DNA of 52,636 nucleotides, from the IMG/VR virus record IMGVR_UViG_3300029258_002308, positions 1 through 52,636 of that record; one strand, 5' to 3'. The notes beneath the pieces were generated by a model. It did not search any database. It worked only from the letters and a program-made list of their open reading frames with translations, and had not been told where the DNA came from. This DNA is from a virus (Duplodnaviria; Caudoviricetes). The translations under genes and the position numbers were made by a program. Below are positions 26,866-36,867 of this stretch, piece by piece (the first letter of the stretch is position 1; each line of letters begins with the position of its first letter).

Positions 26866-27609
26866 ATGGGCGACGGAAGTAGATGTTATGTGAATAGTTG
26901 CAATGAAATCTCCGCAGCAGGGAGCGGGGCATGTGAACGACACCGTTTCGTCAAACACTTAGAGAATGCTAGCAAAACAGTGGCCTCCTGGCCCTTGTGG
27001 ATGCAGACAATTTTAGGAGGAAAGCCAATTGGAGGAAAGCCAATGAATGAATATGAATGTAAGATTAAATACACAACCCAGCCCACTTACAAAGGTACGC
27101 CTTTGAAAGATCTCAATCCTCTAACTGTTTTTCGATGGAGTGATGCCATATGGATGGTGTTAGGGTCGAAGGGTGCAAGGATGCGGGCCGCATTTCGTTT
27201 GAAGGGAGAGGGCTATGCAATAGCAAAGGAACTTGACGGACACCAAATGGTTTTCCCTCTCAAAAGCACTCTGACAATTGATTGTGGCGAGTCGGTTGAC
27301 GATCATCCGTGTTTTGTTGATACCGATTGTGAACGGGACACTGAAGAAGCATTCTTGACTGAAGCAAAAGAAGCATTCTTGAAAACGATACGGGATTTGC
27401 CCGGCAGCAGACCGGTCGGGTTTTATCTTCAAAACCGCTACCAGGATTCAGGTTGGGAGGAATTGAACGAATTTTATCATGATTATGACGAAGCTATTGA
27501 CAGTGCCCAAAGAAAATCGTTAGATTCTATTGCCTACGGGATGGTACGAATAGTCACTGAAGCAGGAATAGTTATGAAGACTTTCTCATGCGGTAAGGAA
27601 TGCAAATAG
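26866..27609 (+). CDS. Hypothetical protein (possible internal start near 27042)
   Basis: ORF contains a tandem GGAGGAAAGCCAAT duplication. Confidence 0.55.
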   Translation: MGDGSRCYVNSCNEISAAGSGACERHRFVKHLENASKTVASWPLWMQTILGGKPIGGKPMNEYECKIKYTTQPTYKGTPLKDLNPLTVFRWSDAIWMVLGSKGARMRAAFRLKGEGYAIAKELDGHQMVFPLKSTLTIDCGESVDDHPCFVDTDCERDTEEAFLTEAKEAFLKTIRDLPGSRPVGFYLQNRYQDSGWEELNEFYHDYDEAIDSAQRKSLDSIAYGMVRIVTEAGIVMKTFSCGKECK

Positions 27610-29652
27610 ATGCCCCCAGTTATCAAACTGACCGATCAAAATGATCTGGTTCCTACAAATAAATTTCCTGATTACGCACACTTTCCTTTTGAGAATTTCA
27701 ATCCGGTTCAAAGTCGCATTTTTGAAATTTATGACAAGGATGCAAATGCGATAATTGCTGCCGCCACGGCATCAGGAAAGACCGGGTGTGCAGAATTTTT
27801 CATGAGTAATGAGGTACGTGTACGTGGTGGCAAAGCCCTTTATTTAGTGCCTTTAAAGGCCTTAGCAAAAGAAAAGATAGATGACTGGACCGATAAGACC
27901 CACCATTTTGGTGATCTCAAACTTTCGATTTGCACTGGTGATTATCGCCTTACCACTGCCCGCAAAAAAGAACTTGAAGCCGCCGATATTATCGTCATGA
28001 CTTCGGAAATGCTTTGTTCTCGCGTAAGGAACTATCAATCGGAACAGAACGAATTTCTCAAGAAGGTTGGGACGCTAATTGCGGACGAAATCCATCTTTT
28101 AACTGTTCCGAATCGAGGCGATCATCTTGAAGTTGGGTTGATGAAATTTACTCAACTCAATAATGACGTTCGTATTGTTGGGCTTTCAGCAACAATGCCA
28201 AACGTGAAACAAATTTCCGAATGGATCAGCTACACTTTAACTGGTAAACAAACATATTTGATAGATTCCAAATACCGCCCTTGTCCTTTGGGGATTCATT
28301 GGGAGGAATACAAGGATGGATTTCGCTATGAAACAAACGAACAAATCAAAATTGAGGCGGTTCTGGACATCGTTTGGGATTATCCCGATGACAAGTTTTT
28401 AATTTTTGTTCATACCAAACGCACTGGCGAAAAACTAAAAAATGCTCTGAAGGAACAGGGTATCAAATGTGAATATCACAATGCTGATCTGGAGAAAGAC
28501 AAACGACAAGCTCTAGAAAAACGATTTAGAGACGATAAATCTTTAAGAGTCCTTATTGCTACCTCAACCCTTGCTTGGGGCGTGAACAGTCCCGCCCGAA
28601 GAGTTGTTATTACCGGAGTTCACAGAGGGATCAGTGAAGTCGAATCCTATGACATCTGGCAGATGGCCGGTAGAGCCGGTCGTCCTGGATTCGATCCTCG
28701 CGGTGATGTCTATATTCTATTGCCGAGGAAGAAATTCGATTATCACTTTGACAGATTGTCGGAACCCGAAAACATCACTTCTCGGCTACTCGATCATTAT
28801 GGTGAGGACAAGAAACACTACAAGACGCTGGCCTTCCATCTAGTTAGTGAGATTCATCACGGCAACATCAAGACGATTGATGACATCCACAAATGGTTTG
28901 AACGGAGCTTGGCCCACTTTCAGAACCAGGATCTTTCGGAAAGCATTGTGGACGATACAATCGATCTTCTTGTACGATTCGGAGCGATTAGAGAAAACGA
29001 TGGTCAATACGAGGTTACGGCGGTCGGCAAGATTTCCAGCATGTTCTATTATAGTCCCTTCGACATAGCGGATTTAAGAAGGAATTTCAATTCCCTTTTT
29101 GAAAATGGGCATGAAAATTACGATTTGGCTGTTTCTATGGCCTTGGGAAATGTGGACTCCATCAGAATGGGATTTGTATCTAAGGCCGAAGAAGCGGAAA
29201 TGACAAGCTACTACGCAAAAATCACCGACAACTATGGAAGTGGAATTTTTGCTGATACCGCAATTAAGGGCGGCTATGCTCACTTTGTACTTTTGAACGG
29301 TCTAAGTCCAGGACCTTTTCAGGCGATGGTGAGAGGTCTCCAGTTCGATTTTCCGAGGACTGCGGCAGTTCTACAGGCTTTGGACTCTATGAGCGGTAAA
29401 TGGGGCCGTAGGAGCTTCCTAGAGGGCCTGGGGATGAGGATCGCCTATGGAGTGCGGGAGGAATTGATTATCTTTTGCAGATTACCTAATGTGGGTAAAG
29501 TTCGTGCTGAAAAACTCTACGCAGCCGGATTTCGAAATTTGAAAGACGTAGCAGATCGACCCGAACACGTTCAAAAGATCTTGAATATGAAGAAAGAAAG
29601 GATTGATGAGATCGTAGGTGCTGCCAAAAGCTTAATTTTGGTGGGTAGATAG
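27610..29652 (+). CDS. Ski2/Hel308-like SF2 helicase
   Basis: 'FNPVQ', 'AATASGKT', 'PLKALA', 'DEIH', 'GLSAT', 'ATSTLAWGVN', 'QMAGRAGR'; C-terminal HhH 'LPNVGKVRAEKLY'. Confidence 0.92.
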   Translation: MPPVIKLTDQNDLVPTNKFPDYAHFPFENFNPVQSRIFEIYDKDANAIIAAATASGKTGCAEFFMSNEVRVRGGKALYLVPLKALAKEKIDDWTDKTHHFGDLKLSICTGDYRLTTARKKELEAADIIVMTSEMLCSRVRNYQSEQNEFLKKVGTLIADEIHLLTVPNRGDHLEVGLMKFTQLNNDVRIVGLSATMPNVKQISEWISYTLTGKQTYLIDSKYRPCPLGIHWEEYKDGFRYETNEQIKIEAVLDIVWDYPDDKFLIFVHTKRTGEKLKNALKEQGIKCEYHNADLEKDKRQALEKRFRDDKSLRVLIATSTLAWGVNSPARRVVITGVHRGISEVESYDIWQMAGRAGRPGFDPRGDVYILLPRKKFDYHFDRLSEPENITSRLLDHYGEDKKHYKTLAFHLVSEIHHGNIKTIDDIHKWFERSLAHFQNQDLSESIVDDTIDLLVRFGAIRENDGQYEVTAVGKISSMFYYSPFDIADLRRNFNSLFENGHENYDLAVSMALGNVDSIRMGFVSKAEEAEMTSYYAKITDNYGSGIFADTAIKGGYAHFVLLNGLSPGPFQAMVRGLQFDFPRTAAVLQALDSMSGKWGRRSFLEGLGMRIAYGVREELIIFCRLPNVGKVRAEKLYAAGFRNLKDVADRPEHVQKILNMKKERIDEIVGAAKSLILVGR

Positions 29653-29655
29653 GGC

Positions 29656-29925
29656 ATGGGAATTGTAATTGATGATGGCAATTTTTGCGAGGATCTGGCA
29701 AGAGTCCTAAAGGAATGTTGTCATGATTTTCTTTGTGAGTGTTGTTGTTCCACCGGTGCTACTGGTGGGACCGGCCCTTTCTGGGAACCTGAAGGGGCTA
29801 CTGGTCCACCAATGTTGTATGTTAAAGAAAAGGGAATAATTGGCATCAATCAAGAGAAGCTTTTAGAACACATCAAAGCTCATTCAGATCTGGTCCAAAG
29901 AAACCCTCAGGATACTCAATCTTGA
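29656..29925 (+). CDS. Hypothetical Cys-rich protein
   Basis: Short GAT/GGT/GP stretch. Confidence 0.45.
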   Translation: MGIVIDDGNFCEDLARVLKECCHDFLCECCCSTGATGGTGPFWEPEGATGPPMLYVKEKGIIGINQEKLLEHIKAHSDLVQRNPQDTQS

Positions 29926-30217
29926 CATTACCTTCTTGGGTAGGTTCACCCGTGATCGGATCTTCACACCAAAACCTAACTTCTTTTAGATGCTCACCAA
30001 GCGGTTCTACTACTTCTGGGTGATCTTCATCGATGGGAATAAATTCTGATTGAAAGAAACAATCATCCTCTGGATCTACAGGCAAATGAATTTCTTTTCC
30101 CGCATAGAGAACAGCTACATTGCAATGCCTCTTTCTTCGATGGAACAATTTACAGTTTTTACAAATTGGTTTTAGTGGTTTTTTCTTTTTGAACCATTTT
30201 CCAATCCATCCAAACAT
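29873..30217 (-). CDS. Hypothetical protein with CxxC motif
   Basis: Start re-called at ATG 30217 after GAGG; 'CKNCKLF'. Confidence 0.6.
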   Translation of the reverse strand: MFGWIGKWFKKKKPLKPICKNCKLFHRRKRHCNVAVLYAGKEIHLPVDPEDDCFFQSEFIPIDEDHPEVVEPLGEHLKEVRFWCEDPITGEPTQEGNVKIEYPEGFFGPDLNEL

Positions 30218-30231
30218 AATGCTGCCTCTAG

Positions 30232-30756
30232 TTAATTCGCCACAATAATACAAGCATACCAAATCCCCGATCTAGATTTCGCCATGGCCCCTCCCCAGAA
30301 TTTGTGTTTTTTGCTGGCAACGGACCAATGTCCTGAGCTTTGAGACCAGCAATTGAACATTTCGTAACCAAGGGCTGACATTGAATCGTTTACTTGCCAA
30401 GGCCAAGATTCGGCTGCTATTTCTGTAAAATGATATCCAGGCAATACGGTAGCCAATTCTTGCCTTCGATATTCCCATCTCTGATGTCCTTGAACATCGA
30501 CCGATGCTTGATATTGTGCATGAGCTTCGGCTGCTTCAACAAGGATTTTGTGTGGTTCTGATTTTTGAACTCTGGCACCCTCAAATTGGTTTCCTCCATC
30601 AATGAGTCCATTCATCGAGGGGCTCCATTGTTCTATTGGGGGTAGAGGGCTAACTTCCGGTGGAATAGGGAGACATCTAGGTCGAAAAGGTGGTGGTTCT
30701 AGATTGGGGGTTGCACATCCGACTAAAAGGGCCACAAGCATGATGTATTTTTTCAT
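30232..30756 (-). CDS. Lipoprotein with CAP/SCP domain
   Basis: Lipobox 'LLVGC'; 'AAEAHAQY..GH..EIAAE..WSQSSGH'. Confidence 0.7.
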   Translation of the reverse strand: MKKYIMLVALLVGCATPNLEPPPFRPRCLPIPPEVSPLPPIEQWSPSMNGLIDGGNQFEGARVQKSEPHKILVEAAEAHAQYQASVDVQGHQRWEYRRQELATVLPGYHFTEIAAESWPWQVNDSMSALGYEMFNCWSQSSGHWSVASKKHKFWGGAMAKSRSGIWYACIIVAN

Positions 30757-30757
30757 A

Positions 30758-30786
30758 TTGACCTTTTATCTAGATCTATTTATGAT
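30758..30786 (+). promoter_or_regulatory. sigma70-type promoter
   Basis: TTGACC-17 nt-TATGAT; AGGAGG SD downstream. Confidence 0.6.
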
Positions 30787-30814
30787 ATCCCATATAACAG
30801 AGTAGGAGGTTGCC

Positions 30815-32353
30815 ATGTTTGTCATCGGTGTCTCAGGCCAACTTAGACAAGGCAAAGATATAGTAGCGGATTATTTAAGCTTACAACTAGACGGCCATAG
30901 AACTGCTTTTGCTGCGGCGGTAAAAGAGGTCTTCTGCCAAGCATTCTCCGTGGATTTAAATTTCGTTGAAGAGTGGAAAGTAAAAGATGAGCCGCCGCCC
31001 GGATTCGATGCGAATATCCGCACGGGCCTTCAAATGATAGGCGACGGATTCAGAAAACTCAAAAGTACCATTTGGTTGGATAGGTGCTTCGAAGATTTTG
31101 ATTTCCTCGATTGCCCCATCATCATAAGTGATACGCGATACGTTAATGAACTAAAAAAAGTGCATGAAGTCGGCGGAACAAACATTCTTGTTTACCGCCC
31201 TGGCTTCTTCAATAATGATCCTAACGGATCAGAGGCTCAAATTAAGCCGTTCGTTCAATACTTTCTAGATACGGGCGGTTTTGAAGGAATTGTTCATAAG
31301 GGATATCTGACCAATCCCCCTGAATTGGTTGATATTTTTATCAGGAATGATGGCACCCTGGAAGATTTGTATTCCAAAATTGATGAAATTGTGATTCCTT
31401 ATTTGGAGGAAAAATATGATATTTCACATCATTGTGGAAAGTGTGCAAAAAAAATTACGGGGCTATTTTGCTCAAAATCGTGTTCAGTCAAGGCAAGACC
31501 GAGAAAAGATTCTAGACAAACTTTCATTTGCCAAATCTGTCATAAAGAATTTTTATCATATGGACAACGTGTAGTATGTGGCCAAAAATGCAATGCAATT
31601 TTAATGGCACAAACAAGAATTGGTGAAAATAATCCCGCATTCAAACAGGATAAACCAATCGCCATTTGTAAAAATTGCGGCTATCAGTTTGAATATAGTA
31701 TGTGTGGCAGAAAAGATCCCCCACAATATTGCACTAAGGAATGTTGGGATAAATTTCAAAAAGGTAAAAATAAAGCTTTAGATGGACCTGCGATTTACGG
31801 AAATCCATATCCATCCGATTTTCATAAGATTAAAAAATCAGTCAGAAAAAGAGACGAGTATTCTTGTTGTTTGTGTGGATACAAAAGTCGTTCGATTTCT
31901 GTCCATCATATTGATTACAATAAAAGCAATAATGAATTGTGGAATTTAATTTCTATGTGCAAAAGATGTCATAATTTGACAAATTTTAATCGAGGATTCT
32001 GGCAGTTTTTGCTTACCGGCTTAATTTCTGGATCAAAATTAGTTAAGAAAGGATGGGGAGCAGAGATTCATTTGGTAAATCACGACAAGTATTGTCTTAA
32101 ATATCTAATTTTCTTTGAAGGCAAACGCTTTTCATATCATTTTCATGAAGTCAAGCAAGAATTATGGCATTGTGCATTTGGTCAATTCGATTTGTTATTG
32201 GATGGCGTAAAAACAACTTTTATTGCCGGACAAAAATTAGAATTATTGCCGAACCAAAAACATGAATTGCGGGCAAGAAAAAATTCTGCCTTAATAGAGG
32301 TTTCAACTACAGATTACCCTGAAGATTCTATCCGAATATGGAAAGGAGATTAA
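30815..32353 (+). CDS. dNMP kinase fused to Zn-finger/HNH endonuclease and cupin domain
   Basis: 'IGVSGQLRQGKD', 'IISDTRYVNE', 'IRNDGTLEDL'; CxxC repeats and 'VHHIDYNKSNN..NLISMCKRCH'; 'KKGWGAEI..SYHFHEVKQE'. Confidence 0.8.
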   Translation: MFVIGVSGQLRQGKDIVADYLSLQLDGHRTAFAAAVKEVFCQAFSVDLNFVEEWKVKDEPPPGFDANIRTGLQMIGDGFRKLKSTIWLDRCFEDFDFLDCPIIISDTRYVNELKKVHEVGGTNILVYRPGFFNNDPNGSEAQIKPFVQYFLDTGGFEGIVHKGYLTNPPELVDIFIRNDGTLEDLYSKIDEIVIPYLEEKYDISHHCGKCAKKITGLFCSKSCSVKARPRKDSRQTFICQICHKEFLSYGQRVVCGQKCNAILMAQTRIGENNPAFKQDKPIAICKNCGYQFEYSMCGRKDPPQYCTKECWDKFQKGKNKALDGPAIYGNPYPSDFHKIKKSVRKRDEYSCCLCGYKSRSISVHHIDYNKSNNELWNLISMCKRCHNLTNFNRGFWQFLLTGLISGSKLVKKGWGAEIHLVNHDKYCLKYLIFFEGKRFSYHFHEVKQELWHCAFGQFDLLLDGVKTTFIAGQKLELLPNQKHELRARKNSALIEVSTTDYPEDSIRIWKGD

Positions 32354-32354
32354 G

Positions 32355-32828
32355 ATGCCTTTAGATTTAGACAGCGTAAAAATGTATGAACCAACTATTG
32401 AAAAAGTTATTCGATTGGTGCTAGAACAGAAAAGACCAATCGATCAAGCTGATATGGTAAGGCGATTTGCGAGCAAGCTCGCAAATCGCCTTATCCTCGG
32501 GAACGAACCCGTTGTAGATCCAAATCTTACCCATTTGGTACAGATTTTTGCTGGAGTTATTGAATCAAAATACAGACTTCATCACTTCCAGCATTTCCAG
32601 ATTGCCGAAGAGTTCAATCATATTCTTTCCCGTGTTGTTGTCGGAGTGCTAGGGAAGGTGAATTTAAAGCAAAACGAGTTCTATGGGTTTAATTCCTATC
32701 TGAGGGAAACGCTCCTGGAAGCGGATCTTGTGGTTCTGGGAATGAACGATCCTTATCGGCAAAAAGCTGTTACCATGGCCCGAGGGGTCATCGCTGATAT
32801 CGTCAGAGAAACCCAGTGGATAACCTAA
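32355..32828 (+). CDS. Hypothetical protein
   Basis: AGGAG SD; 157-aa ORF. Confidence 0.6.
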   Translation: MPLDLDSVKMYEPTIEKVIRLVLEQKRPIDQADMVRRFASKLANRLILGNEPVVDPNLTHLVQIFAGVIESKYRLHHFQHFQIAEEFNHILSRVVVGVLGKVNLKQNEFYGFNSYLRETLLEADLVVLGMNDPYRQKAVTMARGVIADIVRETQWIT

Positions 32829-32834
32829 AGGGGC

Positions 32835-33695
32835 ATGGCGAGGAAGAAGATGAGTGACGCAGTTCAGAATGTCAAATGGCTTCTAGAGCCCGAAGTATTC
32901 AATGACGAAGAGGCCCCAATCGTGGAGGCTTTGGATCGACTCGGATACGAGCATGTCGAAATCAAGTTTGGCAAGTCCTATGAGGACTATCTGCGATCAT
33001 TCAAGAATGACGATTGTGTCGTTTTTCATGGCAGCTTCCAGGCGGGTTTTTTCTTCTGGGGCAATACCCAATGGATTCCCGGAGTCTATTGCAATGATGC
33101 TGAATTTGAGTGCGTTTCCTACTATCCCAAGTTGGGACAATATTTGTTGAACTCACAATACATCATGTTGCCGTTCGGAGAACTGGACAGGTTCAAAAAC
33201 TGGTTGTTCGCAAAATTTCTCACCGACAACAAGTTGTTCGTTAGACCCGCCAGCGGAAGGAAATCGTTTACCGGGAATGTGTTCTCGGCGGCAACATGGG
33301 AGAAAGACATTAAGTTGGCGGCATTTTACAGTACACCCCCGGAAGCGATTGTAATCGTGGCCCCGGAAATTGAAATCGACAAAGAATGGCGACTGCTGGT
33401 GGTCGATGGAAAGGTCGTTACCGCTTCACAGTACAAAAGTATAGAAAGGCCAAAACCTCCTGCGGAGGTTTTGGCCTATGGACAAATGGTTATAGACGAA
33501 TCGGGCTTCGATCCACAGCCCGTGTGGGTTTTGGATATTTGTCTGGCCGAGGAAGAATACCACGTAGTTGAGGCGGGACCGTTTTCCTGTTGTGCCTTAT
33601 ACAATTGCGACCCAGAGATAGTCGTTCGGGAAGTTTCAAAAGTCGCTTTAAGGGATTGGGAAAATGTGGCAGAAGCCAAGAGGAAGAAGAGCTAA
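32835..33695 (+). CDS. ATP-grasp domain protein (R2K / DUF4343-like)
   Basis: 'LFVRP..GRKSFTG', 'EWRLLVVDGKVVTASQY', 'VLDI..VVE'. Confidence 0.75.
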   Translation: MARKKMSDAVQNVKWLLEPEVFNDEEAPIVEALDRLGYEHVEIKFGKSYEDYLRSFKNDDCVVFHGSFQAGFFFWGNTQWIPGVYCNDAEFECVSYYPKLGQYLLNSQYIMLPFGELDRFKNWLFAKFLTDNKLFVRPASGRKSFTGNVFSAATWEKDIKLAAFYSTPPEAIVIVAPEIEIDKEWRLLVVDGKVVTASQYKSIERPKPPAEVLAYGQMVIDESGFDPQPVWVLDICLAEEEYHVVEAGPFSCCALYNCDPEIVVREVSKVALRDWENVAEAKRKKS

Positions 33696-33736
33696 AACTC
33701 TTGGCGAAACTGCAAAAGAAATACTGATAGGCAAGA

Positions 33737-34105
33737 TTGATGAAAAAGCTTACCATCGATTTCGTTAGGGCCGAGTTTAAGAAGTTGGGTTATACCCTGA
33801 TAACCAAAACATATCTGAATGCCAAGCAAATTCTTGAGGTGCGATGTAGGAAGGGCCATAAATGGGCCACCAATTGGAACAATTTTGCCAAAGGGGCTCG
33901 TTGCCGACATTGTTTTATGGAGAGTCAAGTTAAAGGCTGCAAAGCTCTCAAGAAGATTGTGTTGCGTGACAAATATTTTTCCATTAGTGGTGCGGCACGA
34001 ATACTAGGAGTGAAGGATGGCGACCTCCGCAGACGCAATTTCGGCACGGCCAAGAAATATTACAAGATCCAAGATATAAAAAAAATCGAGGAAATGATCG
34101 AATGA
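33737..34105 (+). CDS. Zinc-ribbon DNA-binding protein
   Basis: 'RCRKGHKW...GARCRHC'; 'FSISGAARILG'. Confidence 0.55.
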   Translation: MMKKLTIDFVRAEFKKLGYTLITKTYLNAKQILEVRCRKGHKWATNWNNFAKGARCRHCFMESQVKGCKALKKIVLRDKYFSISGAARILGVKDGDLRRRNFGTAKKYYKIQDIKKIEEMIE

Positions 34106-34750
34106 AGATATACCTGAGAGACAGAAACCCAGAATTAGTCGAACATTGGGAATATTACTTCCAATTTTCAGATGACGTTCATGTTTCTTGTGGGGATATT
34201 TTTGCTCCCGGAGATCACATGAAAGTCGATGCCATCGTTAGCCCAGCAAATTCGTTCGGATACATGGACGGCGGCATCGATTTCATCTACAGCAGCGTCC
34301 TCGGCTGGAAAATGTCTGAGGATCTCCGAAGGGCGATTCATCAAAATCACGACGGAGAATTGCTAGTCGGCAATGCCCAAGTCATATATTAAAGAAAGTA
34401 ATCCCAAGGCTAAAATTCAATATCTCATTAGTGCCCCAACGATGCGGGTCCCTATGAATGTCGCAAATACAGTCAATGCTTATCTCGCATTCAAAGCAGC
34501 AATAAAAGCAGTATTCTACCATCCCGGCATCAATTCTTTTGTTTGTCCTGGACTAGGCACCGCTGTTGGGGAAATGCCCTACAAACGATGTGCTGTTCAA
34601 ATGTTCGAAGCCTATCAAATGTACAAAGAGCCCGAGTGCTTCGACGTATTAGGTGCGGCTCACATTCATCATCACATGATGCTTAACGAGGACACTTATG
34701 ATGAAGTGTTCAAAGCAGAACATCCGGTTCCAAGAGTCAGAGATTTTTGA
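34102..34750 (+). pseudogene. Macrodomain (ADP-ribose processing) protein, split by a frameshift at ~34385
   Basis: 'DAIVSPANSFGYMDGGID' in 34102-34392; 'LISAPTMRVP..PGLGTAVG' in 34373-34750. Confidence 0.8.
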
Positions 34751-34759
34751 GGAAAAATT

Positions 34760-35704
34760 ATGCATTTAAACATTCCCGAAGTCAAGATTGGCAGTAAAAT
34801 CCTAATCGCTGGTGCGGGCGGGGGATTCGATGTGTATGCGGGTCTCCCGCTCGCTTATGAATGGATGATGAATCCGCCCGGAAATACGATTGCGGATTTT
34901 GAAATCGTTCTTGCTACTTTCTATGACAAGGTCGATGCCGATTTCGTCTATAGACCAACGGAACATGAAGACTATCCTTTGGGATACTACAGCTTCAATT
35001 TTGTTGAGCAATGTGTGGGTGTTGCTCATCAATGCTATACGATTGGACGGCATGGAGTTCAGCTTGTCCGAGAAGCTTACCAGGAGATTGTTGACAAGCA
35101 TAAAATCGACACGATCATTCTGATCGACGCGGGTGTCGATATTTTGATGAAAGGCGATGAGGACAATCACGGAACGATCCTGGAAGATTTTATCTCTTTG
35201 CTGGCTCTTTCAAAGGTTTTTGTACCAAACAGATATGTCGTCTGTCTTGGCTTTGGTTCTGAGACCGAAGAAGAGTTGAATCACTATCGTGTCCTGGAGA
35301 ATATCTCCCATCACTGTAAAATCGGGGATTTCTTGGGATCTTGTACCATGACCAGGAATATGGGTTGCTTCGCTTACTACCAAATAAAATGCATGGAGGC
35401 TTGGGAGAACGGCAGAAAAAGCCATATACATACGCGAATAATTCCCTCGGTAATGGGCAAATTTGGCAACTACCAGATGTATGACGATATTGACGCACGG
35501 GTCTGTGGTGAAACCGTAAATGCTACTGAAGCATTCATATCGCCCTTGCAAAGTATCTACTGGTGGTTTAGTCTGGAAGGAGTCGCTAGAGCGAATCGTT
35601 ATCGAGAGATTCTAGAACCATCGAGAACTTTTGTAGATGCGAAGTTAATGCTTCAATGCAAAACTAGGTGGAAGACTAGGTCTAAGGAGGAAATTCCACT
35701 ATGA
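34760..35704 (+). CDS. DUF1152-family protein
   Basis: 'ILIAGAGGGFDV', 'IDAGVDILMKGDE..GTILED', 'FISPL'. Confidence 0.75.
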   Translation: MHLNIPEVKIGSKILIAGAGGGFDVYAGLPLAYEWMMNPPGNTIADFEIVLATFYDKVDADFVYRPTEHEDYPLGYYSFNFVEQCVGVAHQCYTIGRHGVQLVREAYQEIVDKHKIDTIILIDAGVDILMKGDEDNHGTILEDFISLLALSKVFVPNRYVVCLGFGSETEEELNHYRVLENISHHCKIGDFLGSCTMTRNMGCFAYYQIKCMEAWENGRKSHIHTRIIPSVMGKFGNYQMYDDIDARVCGETVNATEAFISPLQSIYWWFSLEGVARANRYREILEPSRTFVDAKLMLQCKTRWKTRSKEEIPL

Positions 35705-36144
35705 AATTGATCTATATCGGAACACTAGTATTGATTTTTATTGTGGCAGCCGCCCTTTGTAGGGCCATGTATACTGCTGGATATGGCGATGGAATCGAGG
35801 AAGCCCCACAAGTTAGGATCGATGAAACGGAGGCTTATGCCCTTGGATGGAAAGAGGGGCGGGATATGCAAAGTTTTCTACCTGTTCCTGATAAATGGGT
35901 TGATGCCGAAAAAGCGAGAATTAGTTTCAAGGTTGAGGATGTCAAGGTGATCGGTATCTTGACCACTAATCCGAATGATGAAAATGGTTGTATTGCTTGG
36001 GAATGCCTTGAAGAAAATCAGCATCCTCACGTTTTGAAACATTATGGTTATGCTACCGATGAAGTTCCAGCAAACCGTTATTACTACATTGGCGTATGGA
36101 ATTGTCCCAATCCCTGGAAAAAGATAAAGGTTCCTGAGCAATAG
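35701..36144 (+). CDS. Hypothetical protein with N-terminal membrane anchor
   Basis: Hydrophobic N-terminus; SD AAGGAGG. Confidence 0.6.
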   Translation: MKLIYIGTLVLIFIVAAALCRAMYTAGYGDGIEEAPQVRIDETEAYALGWKEGRDMQSFLPVPDKWVDAEKARISFKVEDVKVIGILTTNPNDENGCIAWECLEENQHPHVLKHYGYATDEVPANRYYYIGVWNCPNPWKKIKVPEQ

Positions 36145-36195
36145 TTGAAAATTCGAAGTTAATGCTTAACTGAAAAACTAGGAGGAGATTCCATT

Positions 36196-36540
36196 ATGAA
36201 GACTTGGATTATGATTGTCTTTTTCTTATTCTGCTGTTTGTTATGTTTCTTTGCCGGATATCTCACAGGGAAACCGGGACGAATAGAGCCAGAGAAAATC
36301 GATCCCATCTGCGATTGCCAGAAACTTGATGTTTTGATCGAGAACGGATGGATCTATAAGATGCATGGTCCTGGCATGGGAAGGAATGTGTATGAAAAGT
36401 TCCATGGTTGCGAGATCAAGTATCGTAACGGCGACGTTTACATGAACGTGGAAAACACTGGAGATAACAGGAAAGATGCTATGCGTCCGTGTCTTGAAAA
36501 AGCCACCATTCTTATGAAAGGAGTAAAAAGTGCAAACTGA
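36196..36540 (+). CDS. Hypothetical protein with N-terminal membrane anchor
   Basis: SD GGAGGAG. Confidence 0.6.
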   Translation: MKTWIMIVFFLFCCLLCFFAGYLTGKPGRIEPEKIDPICDCQKLDVLIENGWIYKMHGPGMGRNVYEKFHGCEIKYRNGDVYMNVENTGDNRKDAMRPCLEKATILMKGVKSAN

Positions 36541-36700
36541 AATCGAAGATCATGTTATTAAGGTCTACAAGCGAATGTATGACATGGTTAAGGGCCGGGC
36601 GAACGTAAGATTCGATTCCGACGATGCTAGGGGAATGATGACCCAAGCCGCCGCCCGGCTTACGCAAGTGGTCATTCAAACAGAAAGGGATGGGCGATGA
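36530..36700 (+). CDS. Small hypothetical protein (56 aa, not in the ORF track)
   Basis: AAGGAG SD, GTG start, ATGA overlap with the next ORF. Confidence 0.5.
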   Translation: MQTEIEDHVIKVYKRMYDMVKGRANVRFDSDDARGMMTQAAARLTQVVIQTERDGR

Positions 36701-36867
36701 CTCGAAATGAAATCATGAGGCTTTTAGAGCAAACTTTCCATCAGATGTATTCCATGGCCAATATCACTACACGCGGCAGCAATGATGGACTCAATCAGGC
36801 CAGAGTCGATGTTTTGAAAGAGTCGGTGAAGATGACGAAACTGTTAGTCGAACAGGAGCAGCGTTAG
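36697..36867 (+). CDS. Small hypothetical protein (56 aa, not in the ORF track)
   Basis: Coupled to the previous ORF. Confidence 0.5.
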   Translation: MTRNEIMRLLEQTFHQMYSMANITTRGSNDGLNQARVDVLKESVKMTKLLVEQEQR

